DNA of 20,000 nucleotides, taken from the IMG/VR virus record IMGVR_UViG_3300020042_009962; one strand, written 5' to 3'. The notes under the pieces were generated by a model. That model was not told where the DNA came from, did not search any database, and saw only the letters and a program-made list of their open reading frames with translations. The position numbers were made by a program, and so were the translations under genes. This DNA is from an uncultured virus (IMG/VR IMGVR_UViG_3300020042_009962). Lineage: Duplodnaviria > Heunggongvirae > Uroviricota > Caudoviricetes. This document shows positions 16,225-20,000 of the stretch, one piece after another (position 1 is the first letter of the stretch; every line of letters begins with the position of its first letter).

Positions 16225-17856
16225 ATGGAATTAAATCAATTATTCGAAGGTTCAAATAATTACAAGTCATTACAAGCAGATGCTGCTCGTTTGTCTGGTA
16301 AATGGGCCAAATCAGGTTTGTTAGAAGGAATTTCTAACGAAATCGAAAGAAACAACATGGCTATGATTCTTGAGAATCAAGCAAAACAAATCGTATCTGA
16401 AAATACTACAGGTACAGGTGCAATAGGTACTTCTACAGGTGGTGCTGAACAATGGGCTGGAGTAGCTTTACCATTAGTACGTAAAGTATTCGCTCAAATC
16501 GCAGCTAAAGACTTCGTTTCTGTACAACCAATGAACCTACCTTCAGGACTTGTATTTTACTTAGACTTTAAATACGGAACAAACGCAGTAGGAAGAGCAG
16601 ACGGAGATAGCCTTTACGGTAATGTATCTGATGCTAATAACAAACTAGCAGTTGACGAAGAAGTAAACGGAGGTTTATACGGTGCAGGTCAATTTGGATA
16701 CTCAATCAACTCTGCTTCTTATGCAGGTACATTGACTACTTCAGGATCAGCTATATCTTCTTCAATCGGATACAACGACGGTCTTGCAACAGGAGATTTC
16801 TTTACACTTGCAGTAGCAACAAGTTCATTAGCAGGGTTTGACTCTAAAGGTGTTAGAGCTTTCAGATTATATTCAGCTTCTGTTAACGTAACTACTAACC
16901 CAGAATTTACATTCTTATCTTCTTCAGCAGCAGGTGAATTTGTTAAGTTCGTAGTAGCAAAAGCAGGTGATACAGCTAATGGAATTGTAGCAGTAACTAC
17001 AGGTTCATTTACAGCAGGTGTTAAATACCAAATGCAACCAACTGACAGATCAAGAGGTGACTTCGAAGACGGAGGAACTAACCCAGCAGGAAACAACAAC
17101 GGAGAAATTAAAATTCCTGAAATCAACGTATCACTTGCTTCTGAAGCAATCGTTGCTAAAACAAGAAAATTAAAAGCACAATGGACTCCAGAGTTCGCAC
17201 AAGATTTGAATGCTTATCATTCAATTGATGCTGAAGCAGAATTAACTTCATTATTATCTGAATACATCTCTATGGAGATTGACTTAGAATTAATGGATAT
17301 GTTGATCCAAGATGCAGCTACAACTGAAAGATGGTCAGCAGTTAACAACAAAAACTGGACAGGAACAGCTTGGTCTAATGCAACTTCAGATTTCTACAAC
17401 ACTCAAGGTCAATGGTTCGGAACTTTAGGTACTAAAGTACAAAAAGTATCTAACAAAATTCACCAAAAAACTTTAAGAGGTGGAGCTAACTTCTTAGTAT
17501 GTTCTCCTTCTGTAGCTACAATCTTAGAATCAATTCCAGGATATGCAGCAGATACAAATGGTGATAAAATGGACTTTGCAATGGGAGTTCAGAAAGTAGG
17601 TAACTTGAATTCTCGTTTCAGAGTTTACAAAAACCCTTACATGACTGAAAACGTAATCTTAATGGGTTACAGAGGATCTCAATTCTTGGAAACTGGTGCA
17701 GTTTATGCTCCATATATTCCATTAATCATGACTCCATTAGTGTACAATCCAACTACCTTTACACCAGTAAAAGGTATCATGACTCGTTACGCTAAGAAAA
17801 TGATCAGACCAGAATTTTACGGTAAAATCTTCGTTAGTGACGTTGCTTCTATCTAA
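16225..17856 (+). CDS. gp23: Major capsid protein (T4 gp23-like)
   Basis: VSVQPMNLPSGLVFYLDF, TRKLKAQWTPEFAQDLNAYHSIDAEAELT, YAPYIPL and GIMTRY. Confidence 0.97.
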   Translation: MELNQLFEGSNNYKSLQADAARLSGKWAKSGLLEGISNEIERNNMAMILENQAKQIVSENTTGTGAIGTSTGGAEQWAGVALPLVRKVFAQIAAKDFVSVQPMNLPSGLVFYLDFKYGTNAVGRADGDSLYGNVSDANNKLAVDEEVNGGLYGAGQFGYSINSASYAGTLTTSGSAISSSIGYNDGLATGDFFTLAVATSSLAGFDSKGVRAFRLYSASVNVTTNPEFTFLSSSAAGEFVKFVVAKAGDTANGIVAVTTGSFTAGVKYQMQPTDRSRGDFEDGGTNPAGNNNGEIKIPEINVSLASEAIVAKTRKLKAQWTPEFAQDLNAYHSIDAEAELTSLLSEYISMEIDLELMDMLIQDAATTERWSAVNNKNWTGTAWSNATSDFYNTQGQWFGTLGTKVQKVSNKIHQKTLRGGANFLVCSPSVATILESIPGYAADTNGDKMDFAMGVQKVGNLNSRFRVYKNPYMTENVILMGYRGSQFLETGAVYAPYIPLIMTPLVYNPTTFTPVKGIMTRYAKKMIRPEFYGKIFVSDVASI

Positions 17857-17878
17857 TCTACTAAAGATTAAAAATAAG

Positions 17879-17905
17879 AAAGAGAGCTTTTAGCTCTCTT
17901 TTTTT
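17879..17905 (+). terminator. Rho-independent terminator after the major capsid gene
   Basis: AAAGAGAGCT-TTT-AGCTCTCTTT plus T-run. Confidence 0.85.
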
Positions 17906-17923
17906 GTATAAGAAAGTTTTGTA

Positions 17924-17931
17924 TATTTATA
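17924..17931 (+). promoter_or_regulatory. TATTTATA putative late promoter motif
   Basis: Between the terminator and ATG 17943. Confidence 0.6.
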
Positions 17932-17942
17932 ATAAAAACGAC

Positions 17943-18215
17943 ATGAACCCATTAGACGACTTCAAACTACATACCGAGAGACTTGACTCACCGGGAGTAA
18001 GTGCAATAGCAATAACACCAAGTAACTCTGCCCTTTTAGATAAAGTTTCAAGAGCAATTTATGTTGGAGGATCAGGTAACCTTGCAGTAGAAATGCTAGG
18101 AGGACAGACTCCTATAGTATTTGTAGGAGTATCTGCAGGATGTATACTTCCAATTAGAGTAACTAAAGTACTATCTACATCTACAACTGCTACAAACTTA
18201 GTAGCACTTTACTAA
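17943..18215 (+). CDS. Head spike base protein, RcGTA Rcc01079-like
   Basis: 90 aa: SPG...AITPSNS...RAIYVGGSGNLAVEM...VFVGVSAGCILPIRVTKVLSTSTTATNLVALY matches the Rcc01079-family pattern I recall (ITP-x-D...R-x-LYVG-x-x-G...G-x-x-LP-x-R...GTTA-x-x-IVAL). Start moved from the track's TTG at 17904, which lies in the terminator, to ATG 17943. Confidence 0.8.
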   Translation: MNPLDDFKLHTERLDSPGVSAIAITPSNSALLDKVSRAIYVGGSGNLAVEMLGGQTPIVFVGVSAGCILPIRVTKVLSTSTTATNLVALY

Positions 18216-18228
18216 TACAATATAAAAT

Positions 18229-19857
18229 ATGTATATAGGAGTAGGAATACATTTACGATCACTTAAATGTTGTTGCAATCATGCAGAAGAAGGTTCGAAT
18301 ACCGTATCTGCAGCATCAAGCAGTCCAACTCTATGTATTAATACGGCTTTAACTCCTATTACTCATAATACAACAGGCGCAACAGGAATAGGAACACCAA
18401 CAGGACTTCCAGCTGGAGTAACAGCTGTATGGTCAAATAACGTAATCACAATAAGCGGGACTCCTACAGTAAGTGGGTCATTCAATTACAGTATTCCGTT
18501 AACAGGTGGAACTGGCACAGTAAACGCAACAGGAAGTATGACAGTTACTGCAGCCAATACAGTATCATCTGCTTCTAGTTCTCCAACACTTTGCATAAGT
18601 ACAGCATTAACAAATATTACTCATAACACTACCGGAGCTACAGGCATAGGAACAGCCACTGGCCTACCTTCTGGAGTAACAGCCACATGGTCAAGTAATG
18701 TTATTACTATCAGCGGTACACCAACCGCTTCAGGAACGTTTAGCTACAGCATTCCATTAACAGGTGGATGTAGTTCAGTTAACGCTACAGGTACTATTGT
18801 TGTAAACCCTGCTAATACAGTAACGTCTGCATCAAGCACACCAACACTTTGTATCAGTACAGCATTAACAAATATCACCCACAATACCACGGGCGCAACA
18901 GGTATAGGAACCCCAACTGGACTACCAACAGGAGTAACCGCTACATGGTCAGCTAATACAATCACAATAAACGGTACACCGACAGCTTCAGGAACATTTA
19001 ATTATACCATTCCATTAACTGGAGGATGCAGCAATGTAAGTGCTACAGGGACTATTACAGTTACTCCTGCTAATACAGTATCAGCAGCATCTAGTTCTCC
19101 GACAGTAATTTACAATACAGCAATGACAACTATTACCCATACTACTACAGGTGCAACTGGAATAGGAACGGTAACAGGTCTACCGACAGGTGTTACTGCT
19201 ACTTGGTCAAATAACGTAATTACTATTAGCGGTACACCAACTGATTACGAAACATTCAATTACAGTATTACACTAACAGGAGGATGTAGCGTAGTAAATG
19301 CAACAGGAACCATTAATGTTGTACCAATTAATACTACATCAGGAGCATCAAGCAGTCCAACACTTTGTATTAATACAGCTATAAACCCAGCAATAACCCA
19401 CAGTACTTCTGGAGCAACTGGAATTGGAACCCCAACAGGTTTACCTGCTGGCGTTACAGCTACTTGGTCAGCAGATGTAATTACTATAAACGGTACACCA
19501 ACAGCATCAGGAACATTTAATTACAGTATTCCATTGACTGGAGGATATGGTTCAGTAAATGCAACAGGTACAATTACAGTAACTCCTGCTAATACAGTAT
19601 CAGGGCCATCAAGTACGCCAACGCTAGAGATTTATTCAGCCTTAACACCAATTACATTTACAACAACTGGTGCAACTGGTATAACAAATATAACTGGATT
19701 ACCAGCAGGTGTATCTGCTTCATTTGCAGGAAACACTATTACAGTTGGTGGAACACCAACACAGAGTGGATCATTTAGTTACAGTATTCTACTGACAGGG
19801 GGATGTAGTGCTATAACTGGTTCAGGAGCTATAACAGTTATTCCTCAACAAGCTTAA
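18229..19857 (+). CDS. Putative head fibre/decoration protein with six Ig-like (He_PIG-type) repeats
   Basis: 23-aa N-terminus MYIGVGIHL... followed by six T/S/G-rich units of about 86 aa containing GLP-x-G-x-T...TISGTPT-x-x-G-x-F; follows the spike-base gene. Confidence 0.75.
   Translation: MYIGVGIHLRSLKCCCNHAEEGSNTVSAASSSPTLCINTALTPITHNTTGATGIGTPTGLPAGVTAVWSNNVITISGTPTVSGSFNYSIPLTGGTGTVNATGSMTVTAANTVSSASSSPTLCISTALTNITHNTTGATGIGTATGLPSGVTATWSSNVITISGTPTASGTFSYSIPLTGGCSSVNATGTIVVNPANTVTSASSTPTLCISTALTNITHNTTGATGIGTPTGLPTGVTATWSANTITINGTPTASGTFNYTIPLTGGCSNVSATGTITVTPANTVSAASSSPTVIYNTAMTTITHTTTGATGIGTVTGLPTGVTATWSNNVITISGTPTDYETFNYSITLTGGCSVVNATGTINVVPINTTSGASSSPTLCINTAINPAITHSTSGATGIGTPTGLPAGVTATWSADVITINGTPTASGTFNYSIPLTGGYGSVNATGTITVTPANTVSGPSSTPTLEIYSALTPITFTTTGATGITNITGLPAGVSASFAGNTITVGGTPTQSGSFSYSILLTGGCSAITGSGAITVIPQQA
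18298..19854 (+). repeat. Six tandem coding repeats of about 258 nt
   Basis: Units start NT[VT] at 18298, 18556 and onward; strongly conserved as protein, with divergent synonymous sites. Confidence 0.92.
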
Positions 19858-19879
19858 AGTAGAAAAATAAATAATAAAC

Positions 19880-19904
19880 AGCCTAGTTTTTACTAGGCTT
19901 TTTT
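19880..19904 (+). terminator. Rho-independent terminator
   Basis: AGCCTAGT-TTTT-ACTAGGCT plus T-run after stop 19857. Confidence 0.85.
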
Positions 19905-19908
19905 CGTA

Positions 19909-19915
19909 TATTTAT
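19909..19915 (+). promoter_or_regulatory. TATTTAT putative late promoter motif
   Basis: Directly after the terminator; 24 nt before ATG 19940. Confidence 0.55.
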
Positions 19916-19939
19916 TGTAAACAAATACAGTTTATATTT

Positions 19940-20000
19940 ATGGCTTCTAACCATCACACCGATGAGGTTTTTACTCCAAAGAGAAAACCGAAAAACCCAA
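19940..20000 (+). CDS. Start of a 3'-truncated ORF (MASNHHTDEVFTPKRKPKNP...)
   Basis: ATG after a terminator and promoter motif, open to the window end; too short to assign a product. Confidence 0.55.
   Translation, partial: MASNHHTDEVFTPKRKPKNP

Noticed and set aside
17854..17870. Small hairpin TAATCT-ACTAA-AGATTA over the MCP stop codon
   Set aside because: A 6-bp AT-rich stem is too weak to support; the adjacent strong terminator explains the region.
17904..17942. Track start (TTG) for the spike-base gene
   Set aside because: It lies in the terminator T-run and upstream of the promoter motif; ATG 17943 gives the expected length of about 90 aa.
761..18965. All minus-strand ORFs in the track (61-135 aa)
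   Set aside because: Each lies antisense to longer + strand genes, has S/L/F-rich shadow composition and shows no recognisable motif.
18298..19854. Possible CRISPR array or DGR template/variable repeat pair
   Set aside because: The repeats are in-frame 258-nt coding units without spacers; differences involve all bases, mostly at synonymous sites, and no reverse transcriptase or cas gene is in the window.
19940..20000. PhoH-like ATPase assignment for the last partial ORF
   Set aside because: The N-terminus is reminiscent of such phage proteins, but only 20 codons are visible and no Walker motif is in the window.

Overview
The window is the head-morphogenesis region of a large, AT-rich, T4-like tailed phage (gp17/gp20/gp21/gp23-type head module). 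All credible genes lie on the + strand and use the standard code. Core genes: terminase large subunit (8250-9824), portal (9855-11708), prohead protease (13765-14346), scaffold-like protein (14747-16201) and major capsid protein (16225-17856). These are followed by an RcGTA-type head-spike base gene and a fibre built of six Ig-like repeats. Upstream of and between the core genes are about 12 hypothetical or enzymatic ORFs (tandem HExxH zincins, a HAD nucleotidase, a PD-(D/E)XK-like nuclease, DUF5661-like and acidic mosaic proteins). Most begin with, or are punctuated by, short amphipathic segments ending in [LIV]-x-E, suggesting protease-matured, capsid-packaged cargo. The scaffold itself carries two hydrophobic 66-aa repeats between such sites. 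A TATTTAT motif precedes most transcription units. A-rich starts lacking Shine-Dalgarno sites and the fibre repeat type suggest a Bacteroidota host (inference). All family assignments come from motif recognition by eye; no searches were run.
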